From: Utricularia gibba
Taxonomy: Eukaryota; Plantae; Magnoliophyta
Assembly: GCA_002189035.1 (NCBI GenBank)
Contig: NEEC01000009.1
Location: 1,302,001 to 1,366,000 of the forward strand
Length of the DNA: 64,000 nucleotides
Direction of reading: 5' to 3'
The position numbers were made by a program, and so were the translations under genes. The first letter of the stretch is position 1. Each line of letters opens with the position of its first letter. Below the pieces are notes generated by a model. That model saw nothing but the letters and a program-made list of their open reading frames with translations. It ran no database searches and had not been told where the DNA came from. Shown here piece by piece: positions 10,415-22,086 of this stretch.

Positions 10415-11326
10415 ATGAGGGATTTCCCTTCGTGCTTTGGTGAGAACGGGGTTCAGGTGTCTGATACGTCTTGTTCAACTGTTGGGGCGACTAAGTCCTC
10501 TCAGAATTCAGTTACCTGTGTGTTTAGGTGCAAACTGCTTGCCAAATCTTGCTTAATCAGCGTTATATGGAGTAGAAACTTGATGGGTCAATGTGTTAGT
10601 GTTGAAATTCAAGATTCCTCGCATCGTTGTATTTTCAGAGTTGATGTAAAGCCTTCGTTGTTCTCCAAACGGAAGGGGTCAAAGTTCTTGGAAGTTAGTT
10701 CAACGAAGGTTGAAATCTTTTGGGATCTTTCTGGTGCCAAATTCGGATCCGGACCAGAGCCACTGGAAGGCTATTACATAGCAGTTGTCTCTAAGCAAGA
10801 GATGGTTTTGCTTGTAGGGAATCTGAGGAGAGAAGCATTCAAGAAAACAGGTGCTCTTTCCTTGCTCCCCGACACCCAATTCATTTCGAAGAAGGAACAT
10901 ATTTCTGGTAAAAAGGTATACTCCACCAAGGCTCAGTTTTGTGAAAATGGGGAGTACCATGATCTGAGAATCGAGTGTGACACAACCACAAGCCGACACC
11001 CCAACCTTTCCATTCGAATAGATGCGAAAACGGTCATCCAGATCGATCATCTACACTGGAAGTTTCGTGGCAACTGCCCTATCAACATCGATGGGCTCCC
11101 TGTTGAAGTGTTCTGGGATGTTCACAACTGGTTATTTGGACCTGGTTTAGGAAATGCTGTTTTTCTTTTTCATACGAGTTTGTCTGCACACAAGATGTGG
11201 AACAGTCAACCGATTGATGATGCCTCATCGGCGGCATTGTCATGGAGCTGCTCTCAGACCATTGGGGAATCTAAACTCTCAGGTTTGGGGTTCTCCTTGA
11301 TCTTGTATGCTTGGAAGTTAGAATAG
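10415..11326 (+). CDS. DUF868 family protein (single exon, 303 aa)
   Basis: MRDFPSCFGENGVQVSD, FWDLSGAKFGSGPEP, LHWKFRGN, VEVFWDVHNWLF, GFSLILYAWK. Confidence 0.92.
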   Translation: MRDFPSCFGENGVQVSDTSCSTVGATKSSQNSVTCVFRCKLLAKSCLISVIWSRNLMGQCVSVEIQDSSHRCIFRVDVKPSLFSKRKGSKFLEVSSTKVEIFWDLSGAKFGSGPEPLEGYYIAVVSKQEMVLLVGNLRREAFKKTGALSLLPDTQFISKKEHISGKKVYSTKAQFCENGEYHDLRIECDTTTSRHPNLSIRIDAKTVIQIDHLHWKFRGNCPINIDGLPVEVFWDVHNWLFGPGLGNAVFLFHTSLSAHKMWNSQPIDDASSAALSWSCSQTIGESKLSGLGFSLILYAWKLE

Positions 11327-11733
11327 ATGTTTTGGATTGAGGACAAGCCTGTTATGATTGTTGATTTGTCATTCTATATTCAGTTTATGTATACAGACAG
11401 ATGACTGAAATGCTTGTGAGAAAGCCAAGGTGACACTAAGAGCCTTCCTTCATCTTTGTCTTGGCCATTTCTATGGCCATTTGTCAAGTTTTTCGTATCT
11501 TGAAATGCGTTGTTTGAAGACTGATATAACCGCCAATGGTTTGAGTGCACTTTTTACATGAAACCAAGATCCTTATAAATGTTGTTGCAGCATCAAATTC
11601 ATAGGTACAATCGCAAACATTAGGCAATATGATGACAACAAAAAGAATTAATCAAACAACAGAGTTGGAACTGCAATCACAGACATGACACAGAAGCAAA
11701 AGACGAAAGGGGGGAAAGGATCTGATTGAAATC

Positions 11734-14700
11734 TCAGATGGAAATGCTGTTTGGTATTCCTTTGGTGATCAAACCTCCGCCTTGACTGGTCCCAGAGGCG
11801 TTGGGAAACAGCAGCATGTAATCCACCTTCACTGGCCCAGAACGGTTCTTAAGACTGGAATCCTTGTTCCTTTGCAGGATCCTTTCTTCAATCTCCACCA
11901 GAACGGATGAAAACCTCTCAAATGCCTGCAATGACCTTCTGTCGTCAGTCCATTGAGCACTGTCTCTCTGTCCCAAATAGATCTCATCTGCCGAGTGCCT
12001 TGACAAGATTTCGATCAAAGAAACTCCAAGAAGTGTCTGAAACTGTGCTGTTATTGTCTTGAAGAATGCTGCGTCAGGATTTTGCTCAAGTTCTGCGTAC
12101 TCAGGAGTTCCCTTCTTCGGCATGAATCTCCGGCTCACCGTTGGCCTGTTAGGTAGATATCCTGCATAGGGATATTGTCCAAAGTTTACAGCAGCATGGA
12201 GTGCTGAGGCTATCCATATGATGATGGTGCATGACTGCACTAGCTCCTCTCTGGTGTGCATTTTTGGCCACCATGTCTGGTCCTTGAGATCACCATGGCC
12301 TACTTCACGAACCTCCTTCCACCAAGCTTGGAGCTCGGAGTCAGCTGCGACCTTTTCATCTGTTGGGTAGAAGATGCAGCAATATTCTTTAACCCATGAT
12401 TCAATTGCTGACCATATTTCTAGTCCATCCACAGCATATGGGTAGTCCTCGATCATGAGCTGAAGACCATGGGGCTTGTTTTCAGCTTTAACAGCCATCC
12501 CTCTGCGGTTGGCAGCAAATACATTATCAGACAAGTGAGCTTTTGTGCAATGAATTCAAAGTTGTGAAATCACTGACCTTTTGATGAGATCTTGCGGAAG
12601 TGCCTGATCGTTGAAGTTCCAGCTTTTATAAACTGCAGAAGACATTTCCATCGCGTACTTCCCAGGGAAAACAGTGTTCTCCAGTACACCTCCCGCGTTT
12701 ATGAGAATCTGGCGAGCCAAGGCATTTATGTACATGGTGTCGCGGAAGTGGGGATGAAGAAGCTTGTGTATGGGATGCACCACGCTCAGTTGCCTATGTG
12801 TTGCGATCAGGAATGGCTCAATGACAGCATGGGTGTTCACGAAGTGGCTGATGAGTTGATGGTACCCAGAATCATTCACAGCAGCATAAGCTTTTGCAAG
12901 TTGCCAAACTGCAGCTTCAACTCCCTCATCACATGGAGTAAACACTTCACTGATTGCTCCGTATTGGTCCCCTTCTTCATGTGGCAAACTTAACTCGATA
13001 GCTAGTGGCTTCAAAGTACCATCATCCTGGAGCAGCAGCACAGTTCTTGTAGCATATGTCTTTGTATTAGTTGTGTTGATTCTTCTGAGGTACAACATCA
13101 GTGCATCATGATGATCTAACACGTAGAGTTTCCCACAGTTGATAGCCTGTTTTCAAGTCCAATGAAGAAGAACATTCAAAGAACTGAAATCTACAAAGAG
13201 AGACAGGGATAAAAGGAAAGAGCTTTACCTCATCAACTGTAAGCCCATTCATGAACTTCTCAATGTGTTCTCTTGTGATGGTACTGTCTTGATTACCATA
13301 CACTTGGCGGTCGAGATTGCTCCTTGGGGGAAACTCCTCTAGGCGGCGAATGATGACAGGGTTCACTCCGGCGAGCATTTCTCTTCCGAATTCCTCATCA
13401 GTTCTCCAAGCTGTTTTATCCTCTGTAAAACACACAAGCGTTTCAGTCTGGATGCAAAACTTGAACAAACACAAAGTGATCCTTTACCTTGAATTACTTC
13501 AGGCATTGGGAATTTAAAGGAGCGTTCACCATCTGAGCGAATCAGCTCTCTGATCAGTTCCATTGAAACACTTTGCCGGCGCTTCAGCAGAGCACAGGCA
13601 TCAGGAAGGTCCACCTCCTTGCTGTTATCATATAACCTGAGAGCGTCTTCGAATGTGTCAAACTCGTTCCTCGTCTTGTCGAACAAGTCTCTGATCTCTG
13701 GCCCGATAACTTGTCCAATGGATTTCAGAGCATATGCTATGAAATCTGAAAACTTGACACTTGAAAACCTCTCATCTCGTGGTACATAAATGTCTAAGCT
13801 CAGAAGAGGCAGCCTGCTCTCTGTCTTTGGATCTGCATTTCAGCTCCAACAGCTTAGTGAAACTATAGCAAACTGTATGTAAATCATCTGTGATAGCTTT
13901 TAGTTTGTTCCCTTACCCCGTTTGTTGGGACGACGGCCGGTTCTTCCCCTCCGTGGATATGGATATTGTTCCGTTCCTCCGAGAACTGGACGAGCAAAAT
14001 CCTCTCCCCTTTCAGGCATCCCCAGATCATTGTAGTAAGCGTAGTCATACACTCTATCCCATTCCTTCAGAGCGCCTTTCCCATTTCCACGCAGATTGAT
14101 CAGCTCTTGCTCTCTGTACAATCTCAGAGGCTCCGGCGTCTCACACGGCAAGTATGTCTGAAAGTCAAGCAAAATTTCAGGTCTCAAATCAAGAACGATA
14201 AGGATAAACCACTTGTATCCCTTCAGTAAAGTACCTGATTCGAAAAGAAAATGCGATCGTAGCTATAACGGTGTGCTGGGTATACCCAGGAGTTGCAATC
14301 AAAATGGACTTGGCCTTGCCCAGGAACATTTTCCAGAGTGACTGTCTTGAGGTAAAACTGGCTAAAATGATGGTTTTTAACGATAAAAGCTCCAGGGACT
14401 CCCAGACATTCCTCCCAATCAATTTCCAAGTCGAAGGTAGCAGAATCTTCTGCTCCAAGTGAAGTTAACTTTGAAAACCAGTCTACCAAACGTGCTTCTT
14501 TTCCCAGCTTCCCTTTATTCCCATTCTCTGCAAATCCACAGGCAAAACTTTACGATTCAAGAACAGCCAATCTAGAAACACAAAGAAACCCTCCATTTTT
14601 TTCCTCCATAACACACACCCACAAATAAAAAAAAAGAAAACCTAATAAAGAAGAAACTCACCAGGGTCACACTGTGTTGAACTGATAAACCTGAAGCTAA

Positions 14701-14911
14701 TATCTTTCCCAAAAACCTCATGAACTCGATCAAGAACAGAGGCGCCGAGATCAGTAACATCCAGCACATTCTTCTTGGTCAACACAACCCTGCCCTGGAT
14801 CTTCTGCTTGCACTGCTGAAGCACGGGCTCATCCTTCGTCTTCCCGCACACACTTCCCATAACTTTGTCAAGCACATCCACGAAGCAATTGCTTGTTTGG
14901 CGGCTGCCCAT
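11734..14911 (-). CDS. LOX5: Linoleate 9S-lipoxygenase (LOX5-like; no transit peptide), about 9 exons
   Basis: PLAT exons ([30 protein letters not shown]), [29 protein letters not shown], HQLISHxxNTH, [11 protein letters not shown]-terminal PNSISI. The ENTVFP 'TV' motif indicates 9-LOX. Confidence 0.93.
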
Positions 14912-15700
14912 CACGAAAAAATCTGAAAATTATTGGCGTTTAAAAGAAAGAACTAAACTTGCTGGATGTAGGTGTTGGAACAAGGGAACTAAAAGAGGGG
15001 TTTATATAGAATCCATGAGCGCATACCCAGAACGAACACATGCCGTCTTTCTCCACGCGCAACCAGGGAAATTTCAAGGCTTCCAACTTCTCATCTCATT
15101 GACTAGTTGAATTCAACTGAAATATTTCACATTTAAAAAAAAAGAAAAAAAAAAGAAGGATACGGTTTTTATTACATAAATACATTAAAAAGGAATTCCA
15201 AGCATCGACATTTCTCCGCATTCAATGCATGCCATGATCGTTGTAGCTTCGACCTTGGACACCTCCGGCCCCACCAATACGAAATATCTCAAAATAAAAA
15301 ATATTTTTTTATTCAGTTAAACTCATAGGACCCAAATGATACAAATCATTTTTAATTATTTTAAATACAATTACTTTCCCATGAGCATTTTATTTAATAT
15401 GTACCAATCATAATTAACCACGTGGGGCCTCCTAGTGAATAAAGTGCGTCGTACGGAAACACGAAGTAACCTATGCAACGTTGTACGAGATTCGGACCAC
15501 GTTGCTGCACCAATGGATAATGTTCTACAGATCTGATTGTACACGTTACCTTTTAGAAACGGTTATAACCTATTGTTTCGATTTTAGAATGTATTTCATC
15601 GAATATATTAAATTTATTATAAGATATTTAATATTAAAAAATAAAAAGATAGTTATCTACATATAAGATTTTCAATTTTAGATTTTTTTTTATAAAAATT

Positions 15701-15717
15701 GGGGGGGGGGGGGGGGG
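15701..15717 (+). repeat. Poly-G tract (G17)
   Basis: Seen directly in the sequence. Confidence 0.9.
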
Positions 15718-16052
15718 TTTAATATTCTTTATCAGGCGTGGGAAATAAAAAAAATGAATTGAAATTGGTCGAAGAAAGACGCTGTACGCGCGAATCAATG
15801 CTTATCCACGTCTATGGTAAGACTTTCTTTAAAAAAAATTGAATTATGACGTGTGCAAAGTCATCTCCTACACACGAAATGATTAGTTTTTTCAATAATT
15901 ATAATGATTTAAAGAAGGATAGGAAATGTAGGGTGTGCGATCTTTTTCCCTTATCTACTTATGACAACGGTATTGTCTCGTGTTTAAATCATAATGTATA
16001 TAAATGGGGTACGTCTTTTAATTTTAGAACATGATAATTACGAAATAAGTAA

Positions 16053-16226
16053 GACGTGGCGAAGTGGAAGACTCCGGTTGGGTTGCCCGAAGCCGGTCAG
16101 AGTCACGTGGAAAAGGAGGTCCACGTGGCGCAGCCAATTTGGACCACACGCGGCACATTGTTCATCCGAGGAGAAGAATTTAGTGAAGGTTTCATAATAA
16201 GATGTGAAAACCACCACGTGGTGGTT
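16053..16226. promoter_or_regulatory. Dense G-box/ABRE cluster
   Basis: GACGTGGC at 16053, CACGTG at 16104 and 16122, CCAAT at 16134, ACACGCGG at 16146, and the 18-bp palindrome AACCACCACGTGGTGGTT at 16209-16226. Confidence 0.6.
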
Positions 16227-17021
16227 GCTTGTAGGGGACGCAGGCTGCATCTTTAGCAAGAGGAGATGAGGCATCATCATCATCGCATTCTTCCCTTCAA
16301 AGCAAGCAAGTAAGCAGGCAGGGATCACTCGCATTGCTGCGTCTGATTGGTGAATCAGGGTTTCCTGAGGCTTCGTTTTGTTCGAGATTGGTTTCTCTGG
16401 AAGCGACTGGTTTGCACTGCGGCTGGTGAAATGGTGGGAGATTCTGTGGGCTGGGGGTATCAACCGAAGCGTCCATTACAGAGACTCCTTGGGTCAGACC
16501 TTCGAAATGGAACCAGATTCAGTCTGTCACATTACAAAAGCACAAACCTTTTCCAACTTTTGGCACTGCAAATGGAGGGCTGAGGCCTTCGTTCCCGACG
16601 TGCTGCAAGTAAATCACGCTGATTACCGCTCCTCTTCCGGCTCCTGCTGGTTAAAGCATGGCCAATCCGATCGGAAGGTTCATAGGAAAACGGCATTCTA
16701 TCGTCGGCTCCGGCGACGACACTGCCCCGGCGTCCCTCGGCCACGGCTCCCTCTCATTTGCTGGTTGAGAGATTCGAGGAGAAAAATCTACATTGATATT
16801 TTATTCCTAGAATCGAATTTTGTGAAGCATCTTTAAGGGATATTGCACAGTTTTAAAATAATGGGCTCGACTCATGGTTACATCCCGTTAGTACTAACCC
16901 GTATTTTAATGGATTGGATCTAATTCAATTTTTTTTACTTTCATTTTCTTTTTTTAAAATTTTTTTTAATGTGTAATTTAGAGAAATAATGAATAGCAAA
17001 TATAAGATATATAAATATTTG

Positions 17022-17176
17022 ATATATATATATATATATTGATTATATCTTAATAATTATATTTTTATATATGTATTAATATTGATAGTCAAAAATATTT
17101 ATCTATAGTTAGATTATATATTATTTGAATGAGATATTGAACAATTAGAATGATTTAATGTAATAGTATCAATTGC

Positions 17177-17208
<32 letters not shown>
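17022..17208. repeat. (TA)n microsatellites in an AT-rich spacer
   Basis: TA runs at about 17022-17039 and 17180-17208. Confidence 0.85.
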
Positions 17209-17213
<5 letters not shown>

Positions 17214-17725
17214 TTATTTAATTTTCTATATTTTCAATATTTTGATACATTAAAGTATGATTTTATAATTATATTTTAATATTTTAATAAATATAATTAA
17301 AATTTAATGAAATCAGTTCAATTCATTTTAAAAAGTGTTCGACCCAAGACCATAACAAAACCGTTCAATGGGTTTAACCCATTTTTAAAACATTGGGATA
17401 TTGTGATTTTCCAATCAAATATTATATTCGCAAATTGGCTTTCTAGATTTATTTCTGGCAAGGGATTAAAAAAATAAATGATTTTATTACGGATAAATAC
17501 AGATTACAGAAGTGGATATTATCAGTCATGGAATATGGATTCGGATTGCAATTAAATTAACACGTGCCCGGAATTCGAGGAGGCAATCCAACTGACCTAA
17601 AAAATAGGAAGACTCTAACGAAGTTACCAAAAACAAGGAAGATAGTGCGGCTACATCTGCGTCATTAAGTATATAAACTCGGATTCATCGTCAACCCCAG
17701 TTCAAGAATCAGAAGAAGAGAGCCG

Positions 17726-19431
17726 ATGGCGAATGCGGAAGAGTTCCAGTCGAAGATGACGTTGTACGTCTGGGCCTGTTGGATACTGGCTGCGTTTGGT
17801 GGTCTAATGTTTGGTTATGATATCGGGATCTCTGGTAGGGTTTACCCATCTGCTTCCTTGTTTTGATTTCCTGCTATGATGTTTTTGGTTTTGTGGTGAA
17901 GGTGGTGTGACGGGGATGGATGATTTTTTGAAAAAATTCTTCCATCATGTCTATGAGAGGAAACTACGAGCGCATGAGGATAATTACTGCAAATATGATG
18001 ATCAGATGCTGCAGCTCTTCACTTCCTCGCTTTACTTGGCGGCCCTCGTTGCCAGTTTCTTCGCCTCTAAGCTCTGCTCTGTATTTGGTCGCCGCCTGAC
18101 GATTTTAACAGCCTCCCTGTTCTTCATCTGTGGCGCCATTCTGTGTGCCTCTGCGCCTGTCAAGTGGGTTCTCATTCTCGGGAGGATTCTGTTCGGAATC
18201 GGCGTGGGATGTGGTAATGAGGTGCGTGGTTAATCTGTTTTTGTGAATTAGGTTTGATTGCTATGCATGGAGATCCAGTGTAAGAAATATTTGTGTTTGT
18301 TGTGGCCGCAGGCGGTGCCGTTGTTCTTGTCGGAAGTTGCACCTGTGCGACACAGAGGTGCAGTGAACATTCTGTTTCAGCTGTTCGTCACCATCGGGAT
18401 CTTCATAGCCAACATCGTAAACTATGGCACCTCCTTCGTTCACCCTCACGGTTGGCGGATATCCCTCGGCCTGGCGGTGGTTCCCGGCGTCGTTCTCTTC
18501 ATCGGATCCCTGTTCATAACCGAGACTCCTCCGAGCCTCGTCCAGAGAGGACGCGTGGAAGAGGGATTGGCGGCGTTGAAGAGAATCCGGGGAGTTGAAA
18601 ATGTCGACCTCGAATTCGCCCAGATTGTCACCGGATGCGAAGAATCCAAAAAGACGACACATCCGTGGAAGAAAGTCTTCGCCAAATCCGGGATTCCGGC
18701 ATTGGTCGTCGGAAATTCGATTCAGATCTTCCAGCAGTTTACAGGGATCAATGCGATAATGTTCTACGCTCCAGTCCTGTTTCAGACACTGGGTTTCAAA
18801 TCCGATGCCTCCTTGGCGTCTTCACTTATCATCGGAGCTGTCAACGTGTGCTCCACATTCGTCTCCATCTTCGTCGTCGACAAAGTTGGCCGGAGAAATC
18901 TCCTCCTCCAAGCATGCGTCCAGATGCTCATCTCTCAGGTTCGTTCATCATATTATCCTACACTATCACACCCAGACCAGAAGTAGAATGTAGAATCAGA
19001 GATTGGCGTGTTATTACATGCAGGTCATCGTCGGGTCCGTACTGTCAACTCACCTGGGTTCAACCGGGGGTTTACCAAAAGCATTGGCGGCCGTAGTGGT
19101 GCTCTTCGTCTGCACATTCGTGATGTCCTTCGCCTGGTCGTGGGGGCCGATGGGGTGGCTGGTTCCGACGGAAATTTATCCGATTCAGACTCGAGCGGCG
19201 GGATTCGCGATTGCAGTCAGCACCAACATGATCTTCACCTTCGTGATAGCTCAAGCCTTCCTGTCGATGCTGTGCCACATGAAAGCAAACATCTTCTTCT
19301 TCTTCTCGGCCTGGATCGTCGTCATGGGCCTCTTCGCCCTGTTTCTGTTGCCGGAGACCAAGGGGGTGCCGGTGGAAGAGGTCGAGGAACGCCTTTGGAA
19401 GACTCATCCCATCTGGAAAAAATTCTTTTAG
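17726..19431 (+). CDS. Sugar transport protein (STP6/STP8-like hexose/H+ symporter), 4 exons
   Basis: AAFGGLMFGYDIGISG|GVTGMDDFL..NYCKYDDQMLQLFTSSLYLAA, QAVPLFLSEVAP, FQQFTGINAIMFYAPVLFQT, AWSWGPMGWLVPTEIYP, LPETKGVP. Confidence 0.95.
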
Positions 19432-20239
19432 GATGCAACAATGCTTCCTCTAAGAATAAGATATTTTTCATTTTCCTTTTTTATTTATTTTATGACATAG
19501 CTACAAGCCCCTGTTGTTCTCTTCCAAAGACTATGATGTTATCAATTGCACATTTTACTTATTTTTTTTTCAATTAAATTTGTGCAATTATTTTTATTTT
19601 AAATATATTTATAATAAATTAAATTAATTGAAGATGAATATTTTTTTACATATTTCATCAAAGATTATCAGATTTGTAATACATCCATTTGTGAATAAGA
19701 TCAGTTTTCGATCGCATTTAGTATTTGACCGAAAGAGTCAAACATTTCCTAAGGAGTGTGTGTTGGTATTGTAGGGTTGTTACAGTTTACATTAAATTGC
19801 ATTTTTGAATTCACGCGGGAATGTAATGACCGTACGTTAATGCTTGCCAAAATATATGCATTTATTTTGTGATTGAAATAAATAAAAAAAGAAAATAGGG
19901 GCGTGGAAAATAATTAATGGAATTAATAATCCAGGAATAATTTAGTCCCTAGTCACTAGGCTCGGTTAGCAATTAAATTTTTGAATTAATATTTTATGTG
20001 GTCCCCACGGGTTGCTGCCCGACACTCAATTACCACCCGAGATTCTTCTTTTTTTTATTGTGTATTTATTTTATAACTGTCCTAAAGGAAGAAAATTATT
20101 ATTATTTTTTTGATAGTAAATGAATTTTATGCATTATTATATAAATTAATTGGGTTGACAGGCTGACGTGGCAGCGCATTGGAACTACAAATAAGCCCCC
20201 GCCGTGGGGGGTGTAACTGTGTAGGCGCTCTACAGCTCC

Positions 20240-20951
20240 ATGACCGGAAGGCTTCACTCTTCCGTCTCCTCCTCCTCCGACTGCGCGGTTGACATTCTCC
20301 GCCACATTTACGGGGAGTTCTCCCGTCCCAGCTCCGTCACTGAGGAGGAGCTCGAACGCTTCGTTTTCAGCATCAACAACGGCGATGCGTCATCGTCTCC
20401 CAGCAGCCGATGGAAGCACCCTCGAAAACATTGTCCCTTCCAAATCTCTCTTCCGTGCGGGACGCCGCTGATCCGCCGCCGACGTCCTCGGCCTCGTCAA
20501 CCGGTGGTGTGATTACCGCCTCCGTGAGCTCTAGAGCGAAAGAACTCTTGAAAAAGTATTTGAGAAAAGCGAGGAGCTTAATCGGAATACTGTCGCCGGA
20601 GCAGCTGTCGTCGTGCCGCATCCCAAGAACGGTGACAGCCTCTAGCTCGCGGGACATGAAAGAAGACGAAAGGAAGGAGGACGAGTATGCCGGCGCGTGG
20701 CGGAATATAACGGGATACTGTAAGCCACCGGTAATACCGAGGAGAAGGAGGAGGAGAAGAAGAAGCTGCATTTCGAGCTGTACCACATCGTCGTCATCGC
20801 CATGTGGATCCGCCCAGTTGAAAACGGTTCGGGTCGGCCCGGCATCGCATTATGCGGATCCTTCTTCAATGCAGGAGTTGCAGGAGGCGATTCAGGGGCA
20901 ATTGCTCACTGCAAGAACTCCATGGTGAAGAAGAGCAACGACCCTCCCTAG
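20240..20951 (+). CDS. MAKR1: Membrane-associated kinase regulator (MAKR1/BKI1-like), N-terminally short, with two apparent -1 frameshifts (near 20399-20401 and at 20895-20898)
   Basis: SRPSSVTEEE, SSRAKELLKKYLRK, an RRRR stretch followed by SC..S, and SSMQELQEAIQG+AIAHCKNSM once one G is restored. Confidence 0.8.
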
Positions 20952-21617
20952 GAAATCAGTGGTACGGAAAATTAAAGTAATATTTTTATAAATAAATTAT
21001 TAGACTTTATTTGACTGTGTGTATGAAAATTAATTTTCTAAAAATATTTTCCCGGATTTATTTAATTATCAATTTCAAGGAAAATGAAATTGTCAAGGAA
21101 AACGATGGGCCCAAGTTCAAAAATGCCCTCAAAGGTTTGCAATAATGGCCCAAAAGATTTGAAACTGTCGGAGGTTGTGAAAGTGGGGCCCACTTCGAAA
21201 AAGATACTCGGATCGCGAATCACGCCGATTCGGATCCGTAACCTGGGAATCTGAACTCATTCGTGCTGAATTGGAGGGCGTTGGATTGCGTAGGTCGGGG
21301 ATTCGTTTGCCCGGAGGCGCCGAGCGGAATTGATGATCTGATAGGCGAAGGGGCGCCTTGCTTGTCGCCGGAAGGATATGTTGAAGAACAGGGGCGGTGT
21401 CGTACTGGATGAAGGTGAGGGAAACTGGGTGGCGGTCGCTGGAGAAGGTCACCGCTTTCATAGACAGCATAGAAGAAATAACAGTTTAGGTATACACAAA
21501 TTCCATCGCTACACTGTACAATCCTCCTACATACGCCATCTGGATTAGGCGGTACAAATTTGATTGGTTGTTTTGTTTTATTTGGAATAAGCAGCTACCT
21601 TGATCCGTGGATAACAT

Positions 21618-22086
21618 TCAGGCCCTTCTGATGTTGAAGGAGTGTTGATCCTGGGAATGAACAACTGGGTTTCCGTAAGGCACATTTGGGAGAACCTTTG
21701 TTGTGTTGTCATGATCAAATGGCTTGTGAAACTTGTTTGCTGGGACTGTACCCTTCCCTTGCCTCATCATAGTGCTCTTCCTTGTTGGATTGGGGATAAA
21801 AACTCCGGTGCCTCGCTGAAACGATGCGTTCGTTGTTGGGTGAACTACCGCAGGATAAGCCTGAGAACAGGGGTGGTGTGTTCAGCCTAGTGTCATGTTT
21901 TGGAAAAGGTAGCAACTATGGTGGATGAGAGGAAACCTGTAGATCTACAGATTGGCAACGATGGAATAGCCCAGGATGCGGATGACGATGAATATCTTCT
22001 TCCGAATCATCCAAGATAAGATAAAGCTGCTTGCTCAAGTCTGCAAAGAAAACATCATCAGGATCACACTCAACACCGCCTTCCAT
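21618..22086 (-). CDS. Small conserved plant protein of unknown function (131 codons, 2 exons)
   Basis: Exon 22086-21937 gives MEGGVECDPDDVFFADLSKQLYLILDDSEED. Intron 21936-21861 is GT..AG. Exon 21860-21618 contains RGTGVFIP. I recognise the DD.FFADLSKQ and GTGVFIP motifs from plant hypothetical proteins. Confidence 0.75.
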
